A stretch of DNA of 49,554 bases from a virus (lineage: Duplodnaviria; Heunggongvirae; Uroviricota; Caudoviricetes), in the IMG/VR virus record IMGVR_UViG_3300028048_000043. One strand, given 5' to 3'. The notes under the pieces are model-generated. The model ran no database searches and had not been told where the DNA came from. It saw only the letters and a list, made by a program, of their open reading frames with translations. Both the position numbers and the translations under genes were made by a program. How positions within the stretch are numbered: the first letter of the stretch is position 1; every line of letters begins with the position of its first letter. Positions 19,421 through 28,453 of the stretch are shown here, piece after piece.

Positions 19421-19575
19421 ATGTGAATCAAACTCAACTTTTTCTCATATCACGCAGTTTCACAGCTGTACGAAGCGCTGCGCCGAGGGATGAGTCTTAT
19501 AACCTTTAGGAAACAACCCGAGGACGATCGTCGTTTGCGCAGTGGTTGTAAGTGATATTGTTTGATTCAGTATTG

Positions 19576-19781
19576 CTGCCCGGGAGAATTTCGAAATCTC
19601 GACCCCCTGATTAAGACGCTATGGTTGGACTCGAACCAACATATTCAAGAAAACTTGATGCAAGTTCTTAGCTTACACCGGATTATAGTCCTACGATCTA
19701 CCTATGAACCACATAGCGTTCGATTCGTCACAGTGAATCAATCTGTGTCAGTCAGGTGCTCTGCCTCTGAGCTACCGGGCA
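19576..19781 (-). tRNA. tRNA-Asn(GTT) split by a 134-nt insert (19615-19748) containing a nested tRNA-like module
   Basis: Exons join to CCTGA-CT-GTT-AA-TCAGG; U1:A72, G73; inner ACGCTATG/CATAGCGT, T arm GTTGG-TTCGAGT-CCAAC. A shifted junction would give CTT (Lys). Confidence 0.85.
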
Positions 19782-20413
19782 ATATGCAAGGCTGATTGGT
19801 TGGCTCAGCCTTGTGAAGCCTCTGTGCATCTCCTACCATTGGTAGAAGCCATCAGGCAAGATTGAATTATCGTGTTTGGATCAACCCTGCGAAAACCTTT
19901 AGGTGATGAAATCACCAAACCGTACTCTCCACGGATTAGACCAAGTTCGCTTTCTTTTAGTGTGTGTAGGAATACGCCTACGTGCGCCAACCTGATGAAA
20001 CTTACACCTCAACTTCGTCCGCATGGTTGCCAACCATATTATCCCTGATTACATTTTTGGAAAACCTTCTAGAAAAATTATCCAAGAATCAAGTTTTCTA
20101 CCGCGTCGATTAGAATTGAAACCGTATAATTGGGTGGCGATCCTCAAAGCTGAAAATCAATTTAACCGATCTTGCGTTGTGGACATTGTACCTATAGCCA
20201 GAGTCCAACCAGCTTATTCCCCGCCTACCGGGGTACTCTTATGTGTCTTCACCGCTTATCGTCCGCTCCATACGGTTAACTAGTATTACATCGGTACGAC
20301 GACAGTTCGGCGTTCAGTTTGCTGCGACCGAGACCTATAGGCGAAACTCTCTAAGAATTTGCAACTTACAAAGAGAGCCAATTCAGTTGTATGTGTTCGA
20401 CTGAATTTTGTGA

Positions 20414-20543
20414 CCGTATAAAGAAACTTATGGGTTTCAATTTCTTGCTTCAACCTATCGCTACTTTTTAGCATAACATTTCTGTTTGGTTCATCCATAG
20501 TTGGATAGTCCACAAGCGTAAATTCGGAAGTACGGCTACCTAT
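20414..20543 (-). ncRNA. orphan IS607 TnpB omega-RNA scaffold/right end
   Basis: Highly similar to tnpB 3' end and right end at 40766-40905; no tnpB and no left end. Confidence 0.8.
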
Positions 20544-20554
20544 TTTTTAATTAG

Positions 20555-20703
20555 TGACCCCGACGGGGCTCGAACCCGTGACCCCAACATTGTGCTCTAA
20601 TAAAGTTACGATCTTTCTAAGTGACCAAATCTTTAGAGCAGAGATTTTAATCAGTTTACTCTGATAGAAAAGTGTTGTGCTCTACCAACTGAGCTACGAG
20701 GTC
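20555..20703 (-). tRNA. tRNA-Lys(TTT) split by a 76-nt insert (20592-20667) containing a minimal tRNA-like module
   Basis: Exons join to CAACA-CT-TTT-AA-TGTTG; inner TGCTCTAA/TTAGAGCA plus T-like arm AAAG-ATCGTAA-CTTT. Confidence 0.85.
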
Positions 20704-21068
20704 TTCCAGATTTCTGAAGCATTTATGTACACTTTATCGACTATTTTAAGGTCGCTCCAACGTGCCCAACCTAGGTACTCCTTCGGAGTGCTCCATACTT
20801 TCATATATTCCAAAAATCTTGCGTTGATGTAGGCTTACCTTAGATTTGCACCTCTCAAGGCGGGTTCCGTCTATTCTCGCCACCTCGCTACAGTTTCGAA
20901 CCTGTAGTATCTTTAAAGGATATTAAGGCACCGGACTTACCGTTATTCCTACTATACCATTTCACACGTGTGCACTACGCGGCAATTTTATACTTGGTAG
21001 CACTCTTTGTCACATCATGTCAAATCCAGTGACGGACCCTTCCGTTTGGATTAAGCAAGATATTTTTG

Positions 21069-21141
21069 TGGGGCTGGGCGGGGTCGAACCACCGACGCCG
21101 GGATCTTCAGTCCCGCGCTCTACCAACTGAGCTACAGCCCC
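21069..21141 (-). tRNA. tRNA-Phe(GAA)
   Basis: CGGGA-CT-GAA-GA-TCCCG. Confidence 0.95.
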
Positions 21142-21494
21142 GTTTTGTGATTTTTGTATCTGTGTAAAACGCTACTATTACACCACAAATAAATGTGGTA
21201 GGGGACTATCACCCTCACTTTCTTCACGATTTGCCACAAACACCGTTCCCCAGTTTTCATCTTAACATTTCATAACTTGGTCCCTCGGCGTTCACGTGCC
21301 TATTCCAAAACTCTAGTTTTAAGGAGTAACGTTACCTCTCCCTTAGTGCTCATTATGGCTGTACAACCGTGGTCTCGCACAAGCACCACCGATATTCACG
21401 CATATCTCCACGACGCGCTTTAAGGTCGGCGTAAACCGTTTTTGCACAAGTTCGCCATGAGGCTAATCCTGCATATATTTTTAAATCAATATTA

Positions 21495-22110
21495 ATCATA
21501 AAAAATCACAACTCAAGAAGATCGAAAAAGGTGTAAAAGCATAACCACCATAAAGAAATTCCGTCATTATGACGGACGGTCTTCCTCTTTCTGCGTATCC
21601 CGTATCCAACAATTGATTGTCTAATCTGTCAACGTAGCGGTACATCCGCCACGAACGTTCCTGTATCCGGTAGAACGAACACCGATCAACTGTGGCATCG
21701 TCACGGGCTTTACTTTTCCCATAAAACTTGACCAGAAAAATTTTTGTTGTGATTTGCCACTCTCGTGAAATGTTATCGCTTCGTGACTGTCTTGCGTCGG
21801 TCCTCTGCATTCTGAAGTTAAACGCGTTCCCTTTGGACTTCTTGGGGCTCTCTCTCCCAATAAATAACACTTCGAGCATCTTGTGGGAAGACCTGTCTAG
21901 CAATATCGACACTACGTCGAGGCGAGCACTGCTCGCTGGAAGTTCGCCGCTCTGTTGTCTTCCAATCCCAGAGTGATTCGGCTACATCGGAGGATATATC
22001 ATTTCACCTCTCTATAAGTCTAACCGGTAGTTCTGTTTTGTTTTTTCAGGCGTACGGATCGACGTTTTATGAGAAATCTTTCATTCTCACCTTACTTTTC
22101 CGACCAGACG
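21495..22110 (-). ncRNA. candidate large structured ncRNA (~600 nt, unidentified)
   Basis: Many hairpins (TCCGTCAT/ATGACGGA, GCGAGCA/TGCTCGC, TCGAC/GTCGA); overlapping ORFs look non-coding. Confidence 0.45.
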
Positions 22111-22128
22111 GATACCGATTTTGTTTTG

Positions 22129-22216
22129 TAGCGGGTGAAGGATTCGAACCCCCGACCAGATTTTGTCCAGTTCCGGCTTATGAGACCGGCGAGATGACCA
22201 ACTTCTCTAACCCGCG
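22129..22216 (-). tRNA. tRNA-Met(CAT), C1xU72 mismatch, long variable arm
   Basis: CCGGT-CT-CAT-AA-GCCGG; variable region AACTGGACAAAATCTGGTC. Confidence 0.85.
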
Positions 22217-22223
22217 ATATTAG

Positions 22224-22302
22224 TACGGACGGAGGGACTTGAACCCCCATACACCAATTACGCTGTTAATGACTGTGTATAAGACAGTGGCGATACGTCC
22301 GC
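22224..22302 (-). tRNA. tRNA-Ile(TAT)-like with no conventional D arm
   Basis: GCGGACG-TATCGCC-ACTGT-CT-TAT-AC-ACAGT-long variable arm-GGGGG-TTCAAGT-CCCTC-CGTCCGT-A. Confidence 0.78.
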
Positions 22303-22394
22303 ATTTATCGGTTAAGGACCCTGTCATAAATCCCGAAGCTCGACAACAGTCGAGATTAACCGATTTTGTTTTTATCAAGACCTAAGTCTCGTAA

Positions 22395-22592
22395 TGGTAG
22401 CGACCTACGACTTCCACGTAAATACCCCGCTATGTCCGGGGCGTGATAACTCCAAACCTGTTTTTTACTCAGCAAAAAAGTTTGCAACCTTTTCCGCCTT
22501 TCATACTAAAGGACCCAGCTAAACCATCGCGGGCTAGCCTCACCCGTTACATTGATTAGACTTTTTACAGGCACATATTTCACCAAATCGCA
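22395..22592 (-). ncRNA. 198-nt tRNA-like RNA (CAT anticodon, giant D-loop insert, CCA end), copy 2
   Basis: CCCCG-GA-CAT-AG-CGGGG; diverged homolog of 17979-18178 with compensatory stem changes. Confidence 0.8.
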
Positions 22593-22594
22593 AG

Positions 22595-22686
22595 TGGGAA
22601 GTGAGGGACTCGAACCCCCTTACTGTAAGGCCAATACGACAATTTGTAAACAGGGCGGATTTACAGTCCGCTGCCGTTAACTTCCC
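22595..22686 (-). tRNA. tRNA-Tyr(GTA) with no conventional D arm
   Basis: GGGAAGT-TAACGGCA-GCGGA-CT-GTA-AA-TCCGC-long variable arm-GGGGG-TTCGAGT-CCCTC-ACTTCCC-A. Confidence 0.82.
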
Positions 22687-22711
22687 ATATTCATATTCAC
22701 TTTATGCTTTG

Positions 22712-22833
22712 TCGGAGCGGCAGGACTCGAACCTCAACCTCTCGGCTTGTCCGACTGGATTTACAGCGAGTTTTACCGGTGCCTCATCAAACCAGCCTTT
22801 GCGAGTGCTCTACCATAACTGAGCTACACCCCG
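22712..22833 (-). ncRNA. Pro-like tRNA shell with ~50-nt structured insert replacing the anticodon loop
   Basis: CGGGGTG/CGCTCCG-A, normal D arm, insert stem GGCTGG/CCAGTC. Confidence 0.7.
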
Positions 22834-23067
22834 ATTAAATAAAGCACAGATACTCGTTCCTGTCTACACGATCCTTCATATTCAGCAGGAACTCACCTTG
22901 GTTCGGGGACGGATTTCGTATTTCCCCTACATCCTATACCATACCTGATTCCATTTTTCGTAACCGACAAACGCTTAGCGAATAGTCCAAACGTCGCAAA
23001 ATGAGTTTAAAGTTAACCTCAACTCGATGCGAAGAATCTTTTTGACCTCTCTATGCTTTATTCTTTG

Positions 23068-23140
23068 TCGGGGTGACAGGGCTCGAACCTGCGACCCCAT
23101 GGTCCCAAACCACGTACTCTACCAACTGAGCTACACCCCG
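23068..23140 (-). tRNA. tRNA-Pro(TGG)
   Basis: CGTGG-TT-TGG-GA-CCATG. Confidence 0.95.
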
Positions 23141-23504
23141 ATTAGAAATCTCCCTCTACTACATAAATTCTCCGTCACGCTCATCAGAGCGAAACAAAAT
23201 TCATATGCACCAAAGAAAGATTTGAAATGAACCAGGAATCGGATGATAGTCGTGTCGGGGTGATATTTACTCTCCTCCCATGGATGGCGAAGGCTAGACC
23301 TCATCCAGGTCCACCGCCCGCTTTCCTACGATTTACGATTCTTAGTTCTTATTTAAGGATTCACCCGCCCGCCGATTACTGTTATCCCTCATCATCCTCG
23401 GATTGGGAGCCCGATTCAGGAGAGTCTACGTTCACAGAGGCAATCAAAGCATGCCGAAACAAGGCGGTAAATGTCGGGTGACGAAACGCTTTGTAACGTA
23501 ACAA

Positions 23505-23716
23505 CCGTATAAAGAAACTTATAAAAACTTATGAGTTTCAATTTCTTGCTTCAACCTATCGCTACTTTTTAGCATCACATTTCTGTTTGGTTCATCCATA
23601 GTTGGATAGTCCACAAGCGTAAATTCGGGAGTACGGCTCCCTATAATACGGAAAACTTTCAGAAAAAGAAATAATTTTTCGTATTTTTTAATAAAATTTC
23701 ATTTAACAGTTAAATA
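23505..23716 (-). mobile_element. non-autonomous IS607 derivative (MITE): left end fused to omega-RNA/right end
   Basis: 23505-23644 matches 40766-40905; 23645-23716 resembles the left end 43076-43148; GG at both junctions. Confidence 0.85.
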
Positions 23717-23972
23717 CCCGATGTAAAAACGTGGACCGGCGGGAGACATAATTCTCAGGGCCGGGAAATCGGCGAAAACGCCGCAATAAAATCGACCGCA
23801 ATCGGACAGCGATGAACATGATTCCGCAGATAACAGGCGGATCCTTAACGCGAGGGGATGGATGATTGTCCATAGGGACCGCTCTCATCACATCCATCCC
23901 CAACGTCTATTTTTGCTCGCAACCGTCAACATCACGTATCGAGTTGCGAAATTTGATTCGTTTTGTCAGTAT

Positions 23973-24103
23973 TGTCAAAGAACTTCCCGGTCAGACCGGA
24001 ACTTTTTGCAAATGTACGGAATTATTTTTAATTTTCCAAACAATTTGCGATTTATTTTTGATTCGTCAGGAACAATGTCCTTCAGAATTCTGTTGCAAAT
24101 ATA
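23973..24103 (-). promoter_or_regulatory. tandem promoters plus boxA-like site at the head of the RNA-gene array
   Basis: TATATTTG 24096-24103, TACATTTG 24009-24016, AGTTCTTTGACA 23973-23984. Confidence 0.72.
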
Positions 24104-24114
24104 CGCTTAATTTT

Positions 24115-24384
24115 TTAATTTTCCAAACATTTTGGTGGAAATTCTCCACTTTTTGTGCAAGTCATTGAAAGTCTTATGTTTGAAATTTTTTCTTTTCTTC
24201 CTGTTCCTTCTTCAGAACCGTTCTTCAAAAGTTCTATTTCAGAAAACACATATCCTTTCTTAACAACTCTATACTTAAAAAAGTCTTTTATAAAAACGTC
24301 ACCAACTTTTACATAATAATAATCTACAAATCCTACCAGTATCATAAAAGCCGCACAGATTATCAACATTTCTCCTAATACCAT
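24115..24384 (-). CDS. small membrane-anchored hypothetical protein
   Basis: N-terminal hydrophobic helix. Confidence 0.6.
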   Translation of the reverse strand: MVLGEMLIICAAFMILVGFVDYYYVKVGDVFIKDFFKYRVVKKGYVFSEIELLKNGSEEGTGRKEKISNIRLSMTCTKSGEFPPKCLEN

Positions 24385-24830
24385 ATTATATTAAATTACG
24401 TTTAAAAAATAAATCCCTCTCGATTTTGTCGGAAGGGATTCGTGGAGTTTGTGTTGTATGTTTATGCGTCTAGCGCGAATTGCCTTCCGTTATTTTTTGC
24501 GTACTGGGTCCTTTGATCCTTCGCATAGTGAACCTGCATACCATTTAAGGTTTGCTGGCTCCATTGCAAAGATATTTCTCGAACTGCGCATTGAAAGGTC
24601 AATTGTGTTGCGTTTTACTATTTATTGCAAAAAATTCAGAAAAAATTAAAAAACCAAATCAATCGCAGTTAAATTTGCAATCAGAAGCGTCAAAACCAGA
24701 TGGAGTATCTCTAATATTTACTCATTATAATGAATGTTGATTAAATTTCATTGTAATTTTTCACTATTTGCAAATGTACTGAAATTTTTTGAAATAAATA
24801 ATAAAAGTTGTATAATGATACACATTTAAT

Positions 24831-26027
24831 ATGCAGTTGGTAGAAAAGCACACAATCAGGTATACACATCCTTTGTACAGAGAATGTGACAGATTATGCT
24901 TTGCCTCCAAGAATATCTATAACCAAACATTATATCTTATAAAACAGGAATATGAAACCTCAAAGACTTACAACGTATTGAATGATTCCTACAGATATAT
25001 GAAGGATAAGGATTGCTTCTCCCAACTCCCCCAGAAAGTTGCACAGGCGACGCTCAGGTCCGTACATGCGGTATGCCAGTCGTTTTTCGGATTGCTGCGA
25101 GTGGCGGATAAAAACGGACAGGTCAGTTTCCCTCATTATTTGCATAAAACCAACGGCAGGTACGTAGCCACGTTCAACAGCCAAACGTTATCCAAGAAGG
25201 TGTTCACAAAGGCACATAAAATCAAACTGTCCCAGTGTAACGTGGAATTCTATACAAAGATAGACGATTTCAAATCAATAAACTGTGTCAGAATAGTTCC
25301 AAGGCTTGAACAATATGTGATAGAAGTTGTGTATACCTTTCCTGATACCGAGCCTCTGAAGTCGAACAGAATTTATGCATCAATTGACCTCGGCGTAAAC
25401 AATCTCGCAACGATAACGTATTCGAGCGGAGAGCGTCCAAAGATTATCAACGGAAGACCGCTGAAATCAATGAACCAATATTACAACAAACAACTGTCCC
25501 ATTATAAGTCGAAACTTGAAAAAATAAACGGACAGAAATCTTCGCATCGGATTAAGAGGCTCACAAACAAAAGAGCGAACAAAGTCAACGATTATCTCCA
25601 TAGAGCCAGTAAGTTTATTGTAAACGATATAAAGAACAAGGGAATAACGACTCTTATAATAGGAAAGAACGAAGGGTGGAAGACCGAGTGTAGCATAGGC
25701 AAAAAGAACAATCAGAATTTCGTTCAAATACCCCACAGTAGATTTATAGAAATGCTTTCATATAAATGCGAAAAGGCGGGGATTAAGGTAAAACTGCAAG
25801 AAGAAAGTTATACAAGTAAGTGCAGTTTCATAGACAATGAAGAGATATGTAAGCACGATGTTTATTGTGGAAGAAGGGTGAAGCGAGGACTGTTCGCTTC
25901 AAAGAAAGGCGTGAAAATAAACGCCGACGTTAACGGGAGTTACAATATTCTTCGAAAAGCAATCCCAAGCGCATTCAGCCATGGGATAGAGGGTTTAGTA
26001 GTTAACCCATTAGTTGTTGAACTATAA
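24831..26027 (+). CDS. tnpB: TnpB RNA-guided nuclease (IS200/IS605 family, no adjacent tnpA)
   Basis: SIDLGVNNLA RuvC-I, QEESYTSKCS, INADVNGSYNI RuvC-III; opposite strand to neighbours. Confidence 0.93.
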   Translation: MQLVEKHTIRYTHPLYRECDRLCFASKNIYNQTLYLIKQEYETSKTYNVLNDSYRYMKDKDCFSQLPQKVAQATLRSVHAVCQSFFGLLRVADKNGQVSFPHYLHKTNGRYVATFNSQTLSKKVFTKAHKIKLSQCNVEFYTKIDDFKSINCVRIVPRLEQYVIEVVYTFPDTEPLKSNRIYASIDLGVNNLATITYSSGERPKIINGRPLKSMNQYYNKQLSHYKSKLEKINGQKSSHRIKRLTNKRANKVNDYLHRASKFIVNDIKNKGITTLIIGKNEGWKTECSIGKKNNQNFVQIPHSRFIEMLSYKCEKAGIKVKLQEESYTSKCSFIDNEEICKHDVYCGRRVKRGLFASKKGVKINADVNGSYNILRKAIPSAFSHGIEGLVVNPLVVEL

Positions 26028-26036
26028 ACGAAAGAT

Positions 26037-26495
26037 TTAGTTGATTCTATATTTTACTATATTTTTCGGAACTATTATTCGTTTATCGGAATCTTGCATG
26101 AATACAGGAAACACAACGGACAACTTTAATCTGAGAGTAAGATCTTCTATTTTATAAAAAGGAGAACAACTGAAAATATTATCATATGGATCGCTGTATA
26201 TGTCATACCTGTCATCCATCTGTGACGGCATTTTCCTCATTATATAACGAGCTCTCATCTGCGAACAATATTCCTCTGCATCGAATATCCTGCAACCGAG
26301 CATCAAATGTTCTACCTTATAATCAGAATCCAGTACATTGCTGCAATAGTCTACTGCAATCATGCAATCAATCGGCTCCTTATAATCATACTCGTCCTTT
26401 TTCTTGAAATAATTTATAAGATAATCCGCTGACAGAGATGGCTGAGGATTCCACCAAGTATATACTTCTTCGTTTGTATAACGCTTATATTCCAT
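26037..26495 (-). CDS. hypothetical protein
   Basis: 152-aa ORF. Confidence 0.7.
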   Translation of the reverse strand: MEYKRYTNEEVYTWWNPQPSLSADYLINYFKKKDEYDYKEPIDCMIAVDYCSNVLDSDYKVEHLMLGCRIFDAEEYCSQMRARYIMRKMPSQMDDRYDIYSDPYDNIFSCSPFYKIEDLTLRLKLSVVFPVFMQDSDKRIIVPKNIVKYRIN

Positions 26496-26671
26496 TATAA
26501 TTCTTCCTGGTTTATTCTATATCTTTTGGCGCTGACATACTTCTTATTCCTTTCGTCAAGGATTCCATTGGCGTATGCCCGTCTGTTTCCAACACCGCAC
26601 CCAGCGAAGAATCCTACGATAAAGAAAACAAATATCAGAACAATGAGTATGGCATTCAATTCGATAGACAT
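26495..26671 (-). CDS. 58-aa membrane protein (below ORF-track cutoff)
   Basis: MSIELNAILIVLIFVFFIVGFFAGCG...; TAATG overlap with next gene; promoter at 26691-26698. Confidence 0.65.
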   Translation of the reverse strand: MSIELNAILIVLIFVFFIVGFFAGCGVGNRRAYANGILDERNKKYVSAKRYRINQEEL

Positions 26672-26739
26672 TTCTATAAATTATTTTTTGCAAATATACT
26701 GATTTTTGATAAATAAAGAAACAAAAAACAAATCAACAT

Positions 26740-27150
26740 ATGAAAAAAATTAAAGAGATTCTTCTTTACATCTGGCAGCTTCCGCAGAACATCCTTGGAT
26801 TGCTTTTATTGCTTTGGTATAAAATTGTAGATGGTAAAAAATTAGTCCACTACACAGATTATAACGGAATACAATATTGGGCAACCCCATCAATGCCGTC
26901 TGGAATTTCTTTAGGTAAATACGTAATATTCTTCTATCAATACCACAGCTACACCGACTCATTCAAACATGAATATGGTCATACAAAGCAGTCAAAAAAA
27001 ATAGGTTGGTTTTATTTGCCTATAATCGGTTTACCCTCTCTGTGCGGTAATATATTGGATAGAATATTTGATCTTGGATATAAATTCTACTATAGTCAAC
27101 CGTGGGAAGCTTGGGCTGATAAGGAAGGTGGAGTTAAGAGAAAATTCTGA
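26740..27150 (+). CDS. HExxH-containing membrane-associated phage protein
   Basis: WQLPQNILG, GISLG, KHEYGHTKQS, YYSQPWEAWAD. Confidence 0.75.
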   Translation: MKKIKEILLYIWQLPQNILGLLLLLWYKIVDGKKLVHYTDYNGIQYWATPSMPSGISLGKYVIFFYQYHSYTDSFKHEYGHTKQSKKIGWFYLPIIGLPSLCGNILDRIFDLGYKFYYSQPWEAWADKEGGVKRKF

Positions 27151-27153
27151 AAA

Positions 27154-27183
27154 GAAAGAGGACTTTAATCAGTCCTCTTTTTT
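27154..27183. terminator. bidirectional intrinsic terminator
   Basis: AAAGAGGACT-TTAATC-AGTCCTCTTT between convergent genes. Confidence 0.8.
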
Positions 27184-27184
27184 A

Positions 27185-28336
27185 TTACGGAAATCCAGGT
27201 ATACCGAAGCATTTCTTGGCTGACGGTTCAAAAGATGTTAGAAGGTGTATAAGAAATCTTATGTTTGTAGGAGTAAGTTTCTCATATCTTGGAAGAGGTT
27301 CGGCAAACGCGAGCAGCAGAGTTTCAGACACCGTCTTGATTACATCCTTTATCAAATCAGGATTAAATTTATCAATAGGTCCAAAATCTCCTATGCTTAA
27401 TCCGGCTTCAGATGCTGCTGATGCCGCGCCGGCCGCGCCAGCGGCTGCGATTTTTGCAAACTTTGATGTGGCATATGCTTCCTTCAGCTTTTTAATAGCT
27501 TCATCTATTGCCTTTTGAACAACAGAAGGTATGCTCATATAATTGTCATGAGTTGTCTTCTGCATAGTTACACTTAGACCTGGAGCAATCATAAGTGACT
27601 TTGGTGTCATAAAGAAAGCCATTCCGTTTCCTTCTATACCACCTATAGAACCAAGAAGTGTATCTATCAATGTCAGTATTATTCCAAGAGCCGACAAAAT
27701 TGTATTCATCACAGTAGCTAAAGCAGACAGCGCGGACAAAACCGCATTGATAGGGGTTGTTAGCATAGATCCTTTTCCTTTCATCACCCACAGAACAACT
27801 CCTTTACATATCTCTGCTATTTTTCTTGTCAATATCAACTGAATCTTTTTCAATCTGAGTTTCAATATCTGAAACTTCTTCATTATTATTCCGAACAGGT
27901 TGAAATCTTCAAGACCTGGAGCTACGCTAGCCATAGAATCTTCTATCTTTTCTGTTGCTGCGTCTACGGCTCCAGAAATTTCATCCTTCGCTTCGCTGAC
28001 AGCTTCACTTGCAATTTCACTGGCAGTATCCATAACGTCTTGCGCTAATCCAGTTACAGCTTCAGTTGCACCGGACAACGCCGTTGTAACACCGTTAACC
28101 AACTCTTCATTTATTGATACAACTTCAGACGCAATATCTTTTATTGCATCAATCACTGGAATTACATTACAAACATCACGATCTTCCGGAATGGCATCTT
28201 TAGCTATGTTCTGTATGTTTTGTATAGATTCTTCTATATTTTCTACAGAAGTAAATGCGTCAAGAAGCATTTTCTCAACGCGTTCAAGCTCAGCTTTTCC
28301 TACTTCAGATAATTTGGCTTTTACTTCAATGTCCAT
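27185..28336 (-). CDS. helical/coiled-coil hypothetical protein, possibly virion-associated
   Basis: Ala-rich helices and hydrophobic stretch; start set at MDIEV after GATAAATA motif. Confidence 0.7.
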   Translation of the reverse strand: MDIEVKAKLSEVGKAELERVEKMLLDAFTSVENIEESIQNIQNIAKDAIPEDRDVCNVIPVIDAIKDIASEVVSINEELVNGVTTALSGATEAVTGLAQDVMDTASEIASEAVSEAKDEISGAVDAATEKIEDSMASVAPGLEDFNLFGIIMKKFQILKLRLKKIQLILTRKIAEICKGVVLWVMKGKGSMLTTPINAVLSALSALATVMNTILSALGIILTLIDTLLGSIGGIEGNGMAFFMTPKSLMIAPGLSVTMQKTTHDNYMSIPSVVQKAIDEAIKKLKEAYATSKFAKIAAAGAAGAASAASEAGLSIGDFGPIDKFNPDLIKDVIKTVSETLLLAFAEPLPRYEKLTPTNIRFLIHLLTSFEPSAKKCFGIPGFP

Positions 28337-28453
28337 CTCTTTATTTATCCTTTCCTGTTTTCTCGCCACTTTCGCGACAACTTTCGCAACATTGTGTCGG
28401 GAAAGACATCACAGATGTTTGTATTCAAGATTTTCCCGACAGATAAATACATT

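Larger units (their letters stand above)
19154..19439. repeat. perfect 143-bp tandem duplication
   Basis: 19154-19296 identical to 19297-19439. Confidence 0.95.

Noticed and set aside
19154-19439. CRISPR array
   Set aside because: Two contiguous 143-bp copies with no spacers; no repeat-spacer array seen anywhere in the window.
19470-20010. Hammerhead-like words (GATGAG..GAAAC, CTGATGAAAC)
   Set aside because: Core incomplete and flanking stems do not form.
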